The notes below the pieces were generated by a model. The model worked only from the letters and a program-made list of their open reading frames with translations. It was not told the DNA's origin and made no database searches. Source: the human T2T-CHM13v2.0 reference genome, Homo sapiens. Taken from it: a stretch of 64,000 nt of DNA. Below, one piece after another: positions 18,818 through 34,440 of this stretch. The first letter of the stretch is position 1. Every line of letters begins with the position of its first letter. Both the position numbers and the translations under genes were made by a program. The stretch lies in assembly GCF_009914755.1 (NCBI RefSeq), contig NC_060937.1. One strand, given 5' to 3'.

Positions 18818-18858
18818 TACAATGTCCATTGATTATTTTCTATAAAAAGTATTTATAA

Positions 18859-18958
18859 GGCTGGTCTGAGTGCCATTGCATTTACAACTAATCGATCATA
18901 ACCAATTACAGATTTCTTTGTTCATTCTCCATTCCCACTGCTTCTCTCGACTAGCCTT
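18859..18958 (+). pseudogene. Y3 RNA (RNY3) retro-pseudogene
   Basis: ggctggtctgagtgc...tttacaactaatcgatcataaccaattacagatttctttgttc...gactagcctt, about 13 mismatches in 100 nt against recalled hY3. Flanked by degenerate TSD aagtatt(t/c)ata. Confidence 0.9.
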
Positions 18959-19381
18959 AAACAGAAGTATTCATATAACCAAGAGAATTCATGATATATA
19001 TATTATTAAGAGCTACTTGACACTTTAGGGATATTTTAATTGAAATATTATTCTTAAATAAATATTGAGTAAAGGTGTTTTGTGTAGGGAGTTTTAAATA
19101 AGATATTAATAAATAATATTGTGAATATTTCCTTTGCTCTAAGAGCTTTACCTACATTACTACATTTCATTTTATAAAAGCCTGATGAAATACATATTAT
19201 TATTGTGTCAATTTTACATAATAAAAAACAAATTACAGAAAACTTTAATTACTTGCACAGCATCTCTCAGTTAACACCTGGTACATCCACAATATTAACC
19301 CGGCTCTAGAGCCCACTCTGAGAAACACTTCTTTTTATGACTTCATCCCAGATGTAAAAAGAGTTAATTGCAATTAATATA

Positions 19382-19985
19382 TGCAATGGGTAGAATTTAA
19401 AAAATTTCCCTTCCTGAGATTACATGACCTATTTTCCAGAACCTGTGTATATGTTGAAATATCAGTCCATGAACGGCTACGCTATATAGCATTGTTGACT
19501 TTAAAATAGGAATAATATCTCGCTGGCCTTGATGACGTGATCCCCTGAAAGTGAGAGATTTTCTTCAGGCTAGTGGTAGATGGGGAAGGAGAGCTTTCTC
19601 CAGTTAGTGGTAGAAGGGAAAATCAGAGAGTTTGAAGCATGAGCAGGACTTGACTTACTGTTCCTGGCTTGAAGATGGGTCATATAAGAAGGAATGCAAG
19701 TGGTCTCTAGAAGCTGAGAGTGATTCTGACCTGACAACCAGCAAGAAAACAGTACCTCAGTTCTACAACCACAAGGAATACATTTTGTCAACAATCAAAA
19801 TAAATTTGGAAAAGTTCCAGATAAGAATATAGCCTAGCTAACACCTTGATTTCAGCCTTGTGTGATCTTGAGCAGAGAATTCAGACATGCCACCCCAGGC
19901 TTTGAACCTACAGAACTCTGAGGTAATAGATGGCAGTTGTTTTAAGCCACTTTTTCTGTGGTAATTTGTTACAGCAGCAGTACAG
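19382..19985 (+). mobile_element. MaLR MLT1D/E-type LTR
   Basis: Motifs gtctctagaagctgagag, cagcaagaaaacagtacctcagttctacaaccacaagga, caccttgatttcagcc, gttttaagccact...gtggtaatttgttacagcagca. Confidence 0.8.
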
Positions 19986-22900
19986 TATAGTTCTTTCAAA
20001 TGTGCATTTTTACAATTTATAAAGTATTGGTTTTTCAAGTTCAATAATTTAACCAGAAGATATTATATATAATACAAATACAAAACTACTTTCCTCATGA
20101 CAAAACGAACGGTAGACTCCTTTCTCAAAATATAAAACTGAGAAAAAATGGTCAGGATGTTATCCAAAGTGCAGTTCTAGGTCTCTCAGGAGATATTCAC
20201 TTATGTAGACAAATATATTTTTTTTTGTTGGGGGGGAAATAGTAATTAATGTTTGTACACTCTAGTTTGGCAATACAGACAGCAGAATTTGTTCCTACAT
20301 CTATAATTCAAGCAAATAGCAACCTCACTTATCTTGCATACAGCACAGAATTCAGTGATAAAAAGTTTTCTCAACTGACAAAAGAGATGTCACAAAAAAG
20401 CTCCTAAAAAGAAAATAAAGCTCTCTTATTCAACTCACCAGAGAGATCTTTACCTGTTCTCACAATGACTTTTTACTGCAATTTTAATGCAATATTAATA
20501 ACTGGACTTCCAAGCCATTTTACAAACTCACAAAGTAGAATGATTTAGGATAATTTAAAGCAGCAATGGGTGGCAGTGAGAAAATAACCAGGAAAAAAGA
20601 ATGCATCGACTTAAATAGAACAATCACTTATGGTTATTAAACAACAGCAACAAACGATAAAATCCATATTATATAATACCTAAAGGACAGCTTGGCCTAA
20701 CACTTTGGTGACCTTGATGCCATCAAATCATTAGGAAAAAGTTGTTATGTTTGATGTATTGTCTTCTAAAAAGCAGGAAATAGTGAGACGCATTTTGGAA
20801 TAGTTTAAAATCAAAAAATTTTTTATGATCCATAACACATAAGACTTCAAGCTTTAAAAAACATCATTATAAAGAATTACTTATTTTTTCAATGTTTTAT
20901 AGTATAAGCATTTCATTGACTTTCATGTATTCATATTTTTATGAAAAATAAAGTTTTAGTATAACATTTTTATACTTATATAAAAGGTATCATTGCAGGA
21001 GAAATATTTTTCCAGCACAAATAAAAGTCTTTATTTTTTTAAGTAATTTGTTATATAAAAGTGGCTTTGAAAACATTTCTAAATCATTATAATAATTCCA
21101 AATGTGCCAAATAAGCAACCAAAATATTCCATATCAATCCCTGATAAAATATTAATAGAGTGATATGTAGCTATGTATAGACATATACATTTAAGTTTAC
21201 CATTAAACTTAATGCTAGATGTTGAAGTAGATCTATAAATTTTGAAAATCCAGCATTTTGCTTGCTATTAAACTAATCTCATTGAAATGAGGAAGTACAA
21301 AAAGAAGTCTACTTCTTGGCTCATAACCAAGGAAACAAAGAATATAGAACACATTTCTATTGTATGTATTACATGTAATAGTTCACCTTAATAACTAAAA
21401 ATTTTTACCTTTAAAATCTTAGAAAAAATAAAACACTTCTGGAAGTAGGTAAATCAGAAAAGCAGAATACAAGTCAATAAAATATTTAAATAAAAATTAA
21501 AACCATTTAGATAGTGGAAAGAAGATAATAACCTATTTAAGGTAGCACCATTAAGAGCAAACAATCTAAAAATAAAATTAGCAAGGTCAGTACCAGCTCT
21601 AGATGAAAAAAAACAAAAACAAAAACAAAACAACACTACAATTCTGTTGAGAGATATTTGTTGAATGAATGGAAGAAAAGAAAAAACAAAACTACACTGA
21701 TTCTGAATGATATTACTTATTTCATAATTTATTATATAACATTTAATATATTAATAATGATATTTGTACAAGGAATTTATAAAATTATACTGGCATTTCT
21801 TTGGAAACTTAACTGTACAATACTAGGAAGTAAATTATTTAAAACCAGACAATTTCTAATAGGCTGCTCAAGGGGAAAAAACCCTATCAGATATTAAAAA
21901 GTATATAACTATAGCGTTTTCTTTAAACAAAATTACTGATGAAGAATAGCTACATTAATGAATCTGAAAGAAAGCCAGAAATAACCCTAATACATATGAG
22001 TATTTTTAATGTAATAAGAGTGGTTATACGCATCAATGGAAAACATCTTATTATATAAAAATCTAAGATAATTTGTTATTCTTTTGAGAAAAATAAGTAA
22101 ATCTTGATTCCTGTCTTACTCCTTATACCAGAATGAATTTCAGATGAATTGATTACTCAAGCACAGTTCACATGGCCACAACTTGATAAATGTTTGCTTC
22201 TGTTCTCTGGGTCCACATATATTAACCAAGACATAGTTTAAGTTACCTTCCAGGATAATAGTCACAGTCTAATAAAACCTTAAGAGAACTACAGATCAAG
22301 ATGGCTGACTAGACTCAAGTAGCATGTACCTCCTCCACAGAGACAAACCAGAGTAATAAGTACATACTCACACTGTACAGGTCATCTAGGAGAGAACACT
22401 TGGATTCATCAGAGAAGAGATGGGAAGTGCCAGAAGTAAGTAAAGATAGTGTTCCAGGCAGCTTACCCAGCTGGGAACAGACTGACAGCTGGAAACCAAC
22501 TGAGACCCTGGACGTGGGGAAACAATAAGATAGAAACCCACAGAGCTCAGAAATCGCTTTAACAATCTGGGCCATGGGAGAAACCCTTGACCAACCACTA
22601 GGGCCTCATGTCTGATACATGGAGCTGCCTAAAGATTCTCAGAAATGTTGCTCCAGAAAGGCAACCCACACAGAAACTCAGAGGCATTTGAGCCTGGAGT
22701 AACCTCAGTGGGAAGCCATTTTGAGAGTGCAGATACTGGGGACCTACAGGAATGGCTATAGCCACTTGCAATGATCCAAGGAGGAACAGGGGAGAATAAG
22801 CACACCCACGCAACCTCTGGTAGGGTACTTGCCACTCTGCTACAAGTTGCTGATCAGATTAAGACACAAGTGGACCATACACTCCACAGCTTCTTGTTCA

Positions 22901-25900
22901 CACTACATGCCTTGGTGGTGCTCTGACCCTGTCTAGTTCCAGGCCCAAGATGTCATTTTTGGGAGTTTAATACTGGGCCGAGCTTTGCCTTTGGCCTGAG
23001 TTCAGGCTGACATGAGTGCAACTGTCACCTGATCAAGGACTGACAGAGAAACCATGTCATCCCATGCATATCTAGGACAATACTCACTGCTCTGCAAGGA
23101 GCTGATGTGAGATCCAGTTGTAATTGGACTGCACTCCCCATGGCTTCTTGTTGACACTGCTTGGTTGGATGGTGCCCTACCCTCTCCAGGCTCAAGATAC
23201 TATTTTGAGAGTTTAATGCTGGACCAAGCCCACCCTTGGCCTGAGCTTGGGATGATATGGCAGCAGCTGCTGCCTAGCCAAGAAGGGACAGGGAAATAAG
23301 GCCATCCTAGGTATGTCTAGCACAATACCCACTGCTCTGCCGGGAGGGTACTTTTCTCCCTTCTCTGTTGCTTCTGCTCCCACTGCTACCTATTGCCTCT
23401 TACTCTTCAGGACCACCTACTAGACTGCTGTTGTTAGACTGAGACATGAGCAAACCACACTCCCCATGTAGTTCACCTGAGAGGGGCCCCACTCTCTCCA
23501 ATTATAATCCCACACCCGGCACCATTCTGAGTGTTTAGAGATGTTGTTTGGTGACTGGTGGCAATGGCAGGCATTTTATTCTCAAGACTAAAGAGACTGG
23601 AGAGCTTGCTCTGGAATGGGGAGAAGGACTTCCAGAGCTCCAATGAGTGGTGTGTGTGGAGAGTGCCCAGCAGCTGGCACTGGAATTAGACTCTCTCCCA
23701 TTACAGGACTGGAGTGCGAGGAGTGTTGCTGAAGCTGAGGTTTCTTGCAGATGGCAAGACTGCAGCCAGGGTAGCTTTGGAAACTGAAACCTGTCTGTGT
23801 GGGTCATTGCTGGGTGCCCCAGGCTGCTCTTTTGGTCACTTGGGGGACAGTGCTCCTTAGCTCTGAAGAATAAGAAGGAGGCAGATGTCACTCTCCTGGA
23901 GATCTAAACCTTTGTGTGGATTGTCCCTAAGGGAGGATAGAGTGCAGCCACTCAAAGTCCACCATAGGTTAATGAAAATGCAAGTATAACACCAGCTGCT
24001 GAAGGCAACACCACTGAAGCCCAGGAATGGATATGGAAAGCGGGTCACCTCTTTCCCCCCACACCCCACCTCACTAAACTGCTGCAGACTCAGCAGTGGC
24101 TCTTCCCACTGGGCCCAGGAAGTGTGGGTTGAAAGAGACTGTTTCTTGGGCTTCTTTAGCAGCTCTGCCATGACTACAGGCAAACATACCCTGAGGGAGG
24201 GTGCTTTTCTTCCTTCTCTGTTGCTTCTGTTCCCACCACTACCTACTGTCTCTTACTCTTAAGGACCACCTAGTAGACTGCAGCCTGAATTACATCACCA
24301 GACAAAATTACATTACTACAACCAACAACATCTTAGAAAGCCACTACACAAACCTTTCTGCAACTAAGGAACCCCTACAGAGGCCTGGCACTCTGAAAGC
24401 ACCCAGAAATGAAGTCAATAAATGAAACACCATATACGCCACAGTCATATCCCCAAGGTAAAAAAAAACAGAATAAAAAATCAAGAAGTCACATCCAAAT
24501 GATAGCAAATTAAAAAAGAAATACGAAGTGTCAGCTCTCAGAAGAGAAACAACCAGCACAAAAACTCCAGCAATACAAAAAGCCAGTGTTTTGTCACCTC
24601 CAGAGGATTTCAGTAGCTTCCAAGCAATGGATCCTAACCAGAATGAAATGTCTGTAATGACAGATATAGAATTAAGAATATGGATAGCAAAAAAACTCAA
24701 TAAGATCTGAGAGAAAGTTGAAATTCAACACAAAGAAGCTAGAAAATAATTCAAAATTTAAAAGATGACATAGTTGTATTGGAAAGAACCAGATTTTCTG
24801 CAATTAAAAAGTTTACTACAAAAATTTCAAAATACAATTGGAAGCCTTAACAGCAGACTAGACCAAGCAGAAAAAAGAATTTCAGAGATCAAAGACTAAT
24901 CCTTTAAATCTACCTAGTCAGAAAAAAATAAAGTAAAAAGAATTTCAAAACATGACCAAATCCTTCAAGAAATATGGGATCATGTAAAACAACAAAATCT
25001 ATGATATTAGCATACCTGAGAGAGAAGAGGAAGCAAGCAACTTGGAAGACATATTTGAGGATATAACTCGGAAATATTTCCGCAATCTTCCTGAAGAGGT
25101 AGACATGTAAATGCAAGAAATCCAGAGAACTCCTGCGAGATACTAAGACTATAAGTCCCAAGGCACACAGTCATCAGACTATGCAAGGTCAATGCAAAAG
25201 AAAAAAATATTGAAGGCAACTAAGAAAAAGGGTCATATTACCTACAAAGGGAAACCTGGCAGACTAACAACATATTTCTCAGCAGGAATCTTACAAGCCA
25301 AAAGATATTGAGGGCCCATTTTTAGCATTCTTAAAGCAAAGAAATGCCAGCCAAGAATTTCATATTCTCCCAAACAAAGCTTCATAAATAAAGGAGAGAT
25401 AAAGTCTTCCCCAGTCAAGCAATCAATAAGAGAATTAATCAGCACCAGATCGGCTCTATGAGAGATGCTTAAGGGAATTTTAGACATGGAAATGAAAGGA
25501 TTATACTTGCTATCACAAAAGCACACAGCCCATAGACCCTATAAAGCAACTACACAACTGAGACTACAAAGCAACTAGCTAACAACATGACAGGGATAAA
25601 ATCTCAAATATCAATATCAACATTGAATATAAACAGTCTAAACACTCGATTTAAAAGACATAAAGAGGTAAATTGGATTAAAAAAACAAATAACAAGACC
25701 CATTCTTCCACTGTCTTCCAGAGACCCATCTGATGTGTAATGAGAGCCATAGGTTCAAAGTAAAGAGATAAAGAAAGGTGTACTATGCAAATGGAAAAAA
25801 AAAAAGCAGGATCACTATTCGTTTATCAGATAAAATAGAGTTTAACAACAGAAAACAGGAAAATGAAGGGCATTAGATAATGATAAAGGGTTCAATTTAA

Positions 25901-27660
25901 GGAGAAGACTCAACTATTATAAATATATACGCCCCCAACATTAAAGTATCCAGATTTATAAAACAATTCTAGACCTAAGAAAAGACTTTGACAGCCACAA
26001 AGTAATAGTGGCAGACTGCAACACCTTACTGACAGCATTAGACAGATTGTTGAGGCAGAAAACTAACGAAGAAATTCTGGACTTAAATTCAGCACTTGAA
26101 CAATTGGACTTAATAAACATTTACAGAATACTCTACCCAACAGCCACAGAATATATATTCCTCTTGTCTTCATATGAAACATATGCTAAAATTTACACAT
26201 GCTTAGCCATAAAGCAAGTATTGATAAATTAAAAACAAATTTTAATTATATGAAGCATCTCCTTGGATCACAGTGGAATAAAAACAGACATAAACACTGG
26301 GAAAGTTCTCAAACCATACGAATACATGTATATTAAACAACTTGCCCCTGAATGACTTTTGGTTAAAAAACAAAATTAGGGTAGAAATTAATTTTTTAAA
26401 AAACAAATGAAAATAGAGACAACATTCCACAACCTCTGAGGTGCGGCAAAAGCAAGGTTAACAACAAAGTTTATAGTGCTGAACATCTACATCGAGAAGA
26501 TAAAAATATCTCAAATTAGCAACCTAACCGAACATCCAAAGGAACTAGAAAAACAAGAACAAACTAAACAAAGCTAGCAGATTAAAATAAATAAAATCAG
26601 AAAACAACTAAATGAAATTGAACTGTACAAAGAATCAATGAAACTAAAAGTTGGTTAACAAAAAAAAAGAGAGAAGATCCAATCAAACACAGTCAGAAAT
26701 GACAAAGTTGACATCACAGCCAATTCCATATGAATACAAAGGCTCCTCAGAGAGTGCTATGAACACCTCTATGCACACAAACAAGAAAATCTGTAAGAAA
26801 CAGATAAATTCATGGAAACACTACCTCCCAAGACTGAGCTAGGAAGAAACATTAATCCAGAACAGACTAATAAGTAAGGAAACTGAATCAGCATTAAGAA
26901 ACCTATCAAATAAAAAAAGCCCTATACCAGATGGATTCACAGCAGAATTCTATCAGACATACAAAGAAGAGCTTGTACCAATCTTACTGAAACAATTCCA
27001 AAAAATCAAGGAGGGGGGCCTCCTCCCTAACTCATTTTGGGAAACCCATGTCATCCTGATAGCAAAATCTGGTAAAGACACAACAGTAACAACAACGAAA
27101 CTACAGGCTAATACACCTGATGAGCATAGAAACAAAAATCCTCAACAAAATGCTAGCAAATCTGAATCCAGCACCAGACCCAAAAGTTAATTCATCACAA
27201 TTAAGTAGGTTTTATTGCTGGGATACAAGGATAATTTAACACATGCTTATCAATAAATGTGATTCACCACATAAACAGAATTAAAACCAATAACCATATG
27301 GTCAACGTAATAGATAAAAAAAAAAAGCATTAGATAAAATTCAACATCCCTTCCTGATAACAATCCTAAACAAACTACACATTGAAGGAATATATCTCAA
27401 AATAATAAGAGCCATCTGAGACAAACACACAGTCAACACCATACTGAATATGCAGAAGCTTAAAGCATTCTTCCTAAAACCTGGAACAAGACAAGGATGT
27501 TCACTATAAATCCTCTATTCAACACAATACTGGAAGTCCTGGCTAGAGCAGTTAGGCAAGTTACAGAAATAAAAGACATCCAAGTAGGAAAAAAAAGTCA
27601 TGTTATCTCTCTTCACTGATTATATGATTCTATGCTTAGAAAACCACAAAGATTCTATCA

Positions 27661-29443
<1,783 letters not shown>

Positions 29444-30652
29444 AAGACCCTAGACTTGATAAACAACTGTGGCAAAATTTCAGGATGCAGAATCAATGTA
29501 CAAGAATAAGTGGCATTTCTATATACAAATAATGTTCAAGGTGAGAACCGAATCAAGAATCCCATCTCATTTACAATATCCACAAAAAAATAAAATACCT
29601 GGGAATAAATATAACCAAGGAGATGAAAGATATCTACAAGAACTACAAAGCACTGCTGAAAGAAATCATGGATGACACAAACAAATGTAAAAACATTCCA
29701 TGCTCATGGACTGGAAGAATCAATATCATTAAAATGTCCATACTGCTCAAAGCAATCTACAGATTTAACTCTATTCCTATCAAATTTCCAATGTTGTTTT
29801 TCACAGACTTAGAAGAACTTTTCTAAAATTCATATGGAACCAAAAAAGAGTCCTAGAATCCAAAGAAATCCTAAGCAAAAAGAATAAAGTTGGAGGCATC
29901 ACATTACCTGACTTCAAATTATACTATAAGGCTACAGTAACCAAAACAGCATGGCACTAGTAAAATATAAACACACAGACAAATGGAAAAGAATAGAGAC
30001 CCCTGAAATAAAACCACACATCTACAGCCAGCTGATCTTTGACAATGACAACTAAAAAAACAATAGGGAAAGAATACCCTAATCAATAAATGGTTTCGGG
30101 AACACAGGCTTACCATATGCAGAAAAATGAAACTGCACTCCTACCTCTCCACACATACAAAAATTAACTCAAGATGGACTAAAAACTTAAATGTAAGACC
30201 TCAAACCATAAAAATCATAGAATACCTATAAAACACTTTTCTAGACATTTGCCAATAATTGGCAAATAATGTATTACTATGTCCTGAAAAGCAAATGAAG
30301 CCAAAACAAAAATTGACTATTGAGAGGTAATTAAACTGAAGAGCTTTGGCAAAGCAAAAGAAACTATCAACAGAATAAACAGACAACCTACAAAATGGAG
30401 AAAATATTTGCAAACTATGCCTCTGACAAAAGGCTAACATCCAGAATCTTTAAGACACTTAAAAAAAATCAACAAGTAAAGTTAAAAAGTGGGCAAAGGA
30501 CATGAACAGATACATCTCAATAGAAACATACATGTGACCAAGAAACATAAAAAATACTCAACATCACTAATCATCAGAGAGATGCAAATCAAAATCACAA
30601 TGAGATACCTCCTCACACCAGTCAGAATGGCTATTATTAAAAAGTCAAAAAA

Positions 30653-31048
<396 letters not shown>

Positions 31049-32177
31049 TTACAGAAAGCAGTTATTAGATTTCTCAAAGAACTAAAAACAGAATTAGTAT
31101 TTAACCAAGCAATCTCATTACTGGGTATATACCCAAAGGAAAAGAAATCATTCTACTAAAATGACACCTGCACTCATATGTTTACTGCAGCACTATTCGC
31201 AATAGCAAAGACATGGAATCAACCCAGTTGCCGACCAATGGTTGATTGAATAAAGAAAATGTGGTACATATACACCATGGACTACTATGCAGCCATAATA
31301 AAGAATGAAATCACGTCCTTTGCAGCAACATTGATGCAGCTGTAGGCCATTATCCTAAGCAAATTATCACAGAAACAGAAAACCAAATACCACATGTTCT
31401 CGCTTATATGTGGGAGGTAAACACTGGGTACAAAAGGATAGAAAAATGGAAACAAGTAACACTGGGGATTCCAAAACTGGGGAGGGAGGAAAGTGGGAAA
31501 GTGTTGAAAAACTATCATCCATCAGGTACTATGTTTACTCTTTGGGCAATGGGATCATTAGAAGCCCAAACCTCAGCATCACGCAATATACCCATGCAAC
31601 AAACATGCACATGTACCCGTGGAATCTAAAATTTTTTTAAAAAGCCGTAAATGAACTGGAATATTAAAAAGTAGGTGATTAACTTTTACTTCTAGGTGGC
31701 CCAAGATGAAAGATTTGTGAGGGAAAGCCACAAAACCCAGAAGTTATAAAGTACATTTTAATAAATATATAACCTCCAACCATCTAAATATAAAATATAT
31801 CTACATCAAAAATATACAAATAGAGAAATAAAAAACTGAAAGATAAAGAAATTAACTATACCTTTTAAGAAATATGAAAAGGCTATATTTTGTTGGTATA
31901 TAAAACATATTAATCAAGAGGAAAAATAGAAACCTCAAAATAAAAAAAATGCTAATTACATAAGCAGGCAATTAATGTGAATGCAATAGGTAAATATCAG
32001 AAAATTTACTTAGGCTTTCCTAATAATTAAATAATTTTATATATTTTCAGTAGATTAGAAGATACATAATTTTGATGTTCACATCTAAATCAGCTGGTTG
32101 ACATTAAATCAATGCAACATTTTAGGACAGCTGTGTGTGAATGCAATTAATATATAGTAAATTTAGAGAATGGAAAA

Positions 32178-32479
32178 TTTTTTTTCTTTTTTTTTTTTTT
32201 TGGAGACAGTCTCCCTCTGTCACCCAGGCTGGAGTGCAGTAGCACAATCTCGGCTCACTGAAACCTCTGCCTCCCAGGCTCAAGTGATTCTTCTGCCTCA
32301 GCTTCCTGAGTAGCTGAGATTACAGGCATGTGCCGCCACGCCTGGCTAATTTTTTTTTTTCCTTTAGTAGAGACGGGGTTTCACCATGTTGGCCAGGCTG
32401 GTCTTGAACTCCTGCCCTGAAAATGATCCACCCGCCTAGGCCTCCTAAAGTGCTGGGATTACAGGCACCGTGCCTGGCC
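32178..32479 (-). mobile_element. AluS-family element
   Basis: Poly-T followed by reverse-complement Alu body ending cctggcc. Confidence 0.88.
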
Positions 32480-32721
32480 TGGAAGTTGAATTTTTTATAT
32501 GTAACTACCTATTTTAAATGTTCTACCATAAATATTTCTTAGCGCTATAATTAAAGTTGTAGTTCATTATTTTTAAAAGCAGCTTTTGTTGCTGGTAATG
32601 ATGACACAACAAAGAGACTTTTAAAAAGGTAAGCCAAAACTTAAACTTATTATTTCTACCATTATTAGTTAGCTACCTTTTTATGGCAAAGAGCTCATAT
32701 TTAAAACAACTTTACAACAAA

Positions 32722-32926
<205 letters not shown>

Positions 32927-34116
32927 CTTTACAACAAATGAACACTCAAACATTATTGTGAGACTATTTTACGTTTTCATCTTAAAATGCTTACTGAACA
33001 TAAACTCATGCTACTTGACATTTTCAAATAAAATATTTATTTTTATAACTAACATCATTCGCCAAAAATAAGCAAGCCCTTGTTATTTATGTTATTAAAA
33101 TGCCCTATGCCCCAGAAAAGGTCTTCCATATAATATGTGAATTTTTCTAGCTTTCGTTGAAAATGTAGACACTGGAATGAAAGAAAAAGATGGCAATCAT
33201 GACAATTAGGTTCTAGTATTCCTGATTGTATGGCAAAAAAAGAAGTCATAAAATGTCTTTGCAGACATGTAGTAAAAGAATATGAGGTTCCAGTGATCTC
33301 CACCTAAACTATAAGCCTGTAAAAAATACATGTTTTCCTTTTTCATAAATGAGCACCCAACCTCACTAAGATACTCTAATTGAAGGCTTTCTGTGATTCA
33401 TTGAGATTTACTCATTTTAAAATGCAAGATTACATTAGTGCCACATTAGGTGACTTCTATTTATCTCTAAATCTTTTACTTATTCTCTGCAAGTCTGTAT
33501 CATAGAAGTAATTTAATTTTGCCCTAGGGAGACTATTTCTCTTTTCCAGAGAATAGCCACACACTGGAGAATTAAGATCAGGTATTCATGAAATATATGC
33601 TAAACACACTCAGACTTATTACCCCATGGATCTACTAAAGGAGATTTAGTGTGGAGGAAAGATATGTTTATTATCATTTGCTGTACATTCACAGGGAGAT
33701 TGATCAAAAAGAATGTACTGAGTACTCAAGAATTTATAATTATGGTAGGCCTTTTATCATAGCACATGAATTTTTTATTCAGTCTGCATTCATACAGTCT
33801 TCATTCCTAGAAAGACCTACAGAATGTACAATGATGAGGTTCAAAACCCTCTATTAAGAGGCAAAATATAGCTATTAGTCTGAATTTGGAAATATTTGAC
33901 CCTTAAGTTTTACTCTGAACCACCCTCAGAAGAGGCCCCAGAAATATTTACAGCTGAATTAGTCACTAAGATTTGTCTCTTTCTAGTGAAGATAAGGCTG
34001 TAAAAGAAAACTTCGCTTTTCATCTGACAGCCTTATTTTATTCTTGGATTAAGAACATGGCTTCTGGGGAGCTAGAAGTCCCTTGTCCAAACACTCACAG
34101 GGGATGACATAAATAA

Positions 34117-34440
<324 letters not shown>

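Noticed and set aside
21188-21213. Short AT-rich inverted repeats (also ~39100-39126, ~42161-42186, ~61857-61884)
   Set aside because: 9-11-bp AT-rich arms are expected by chance in sequence of this composition.
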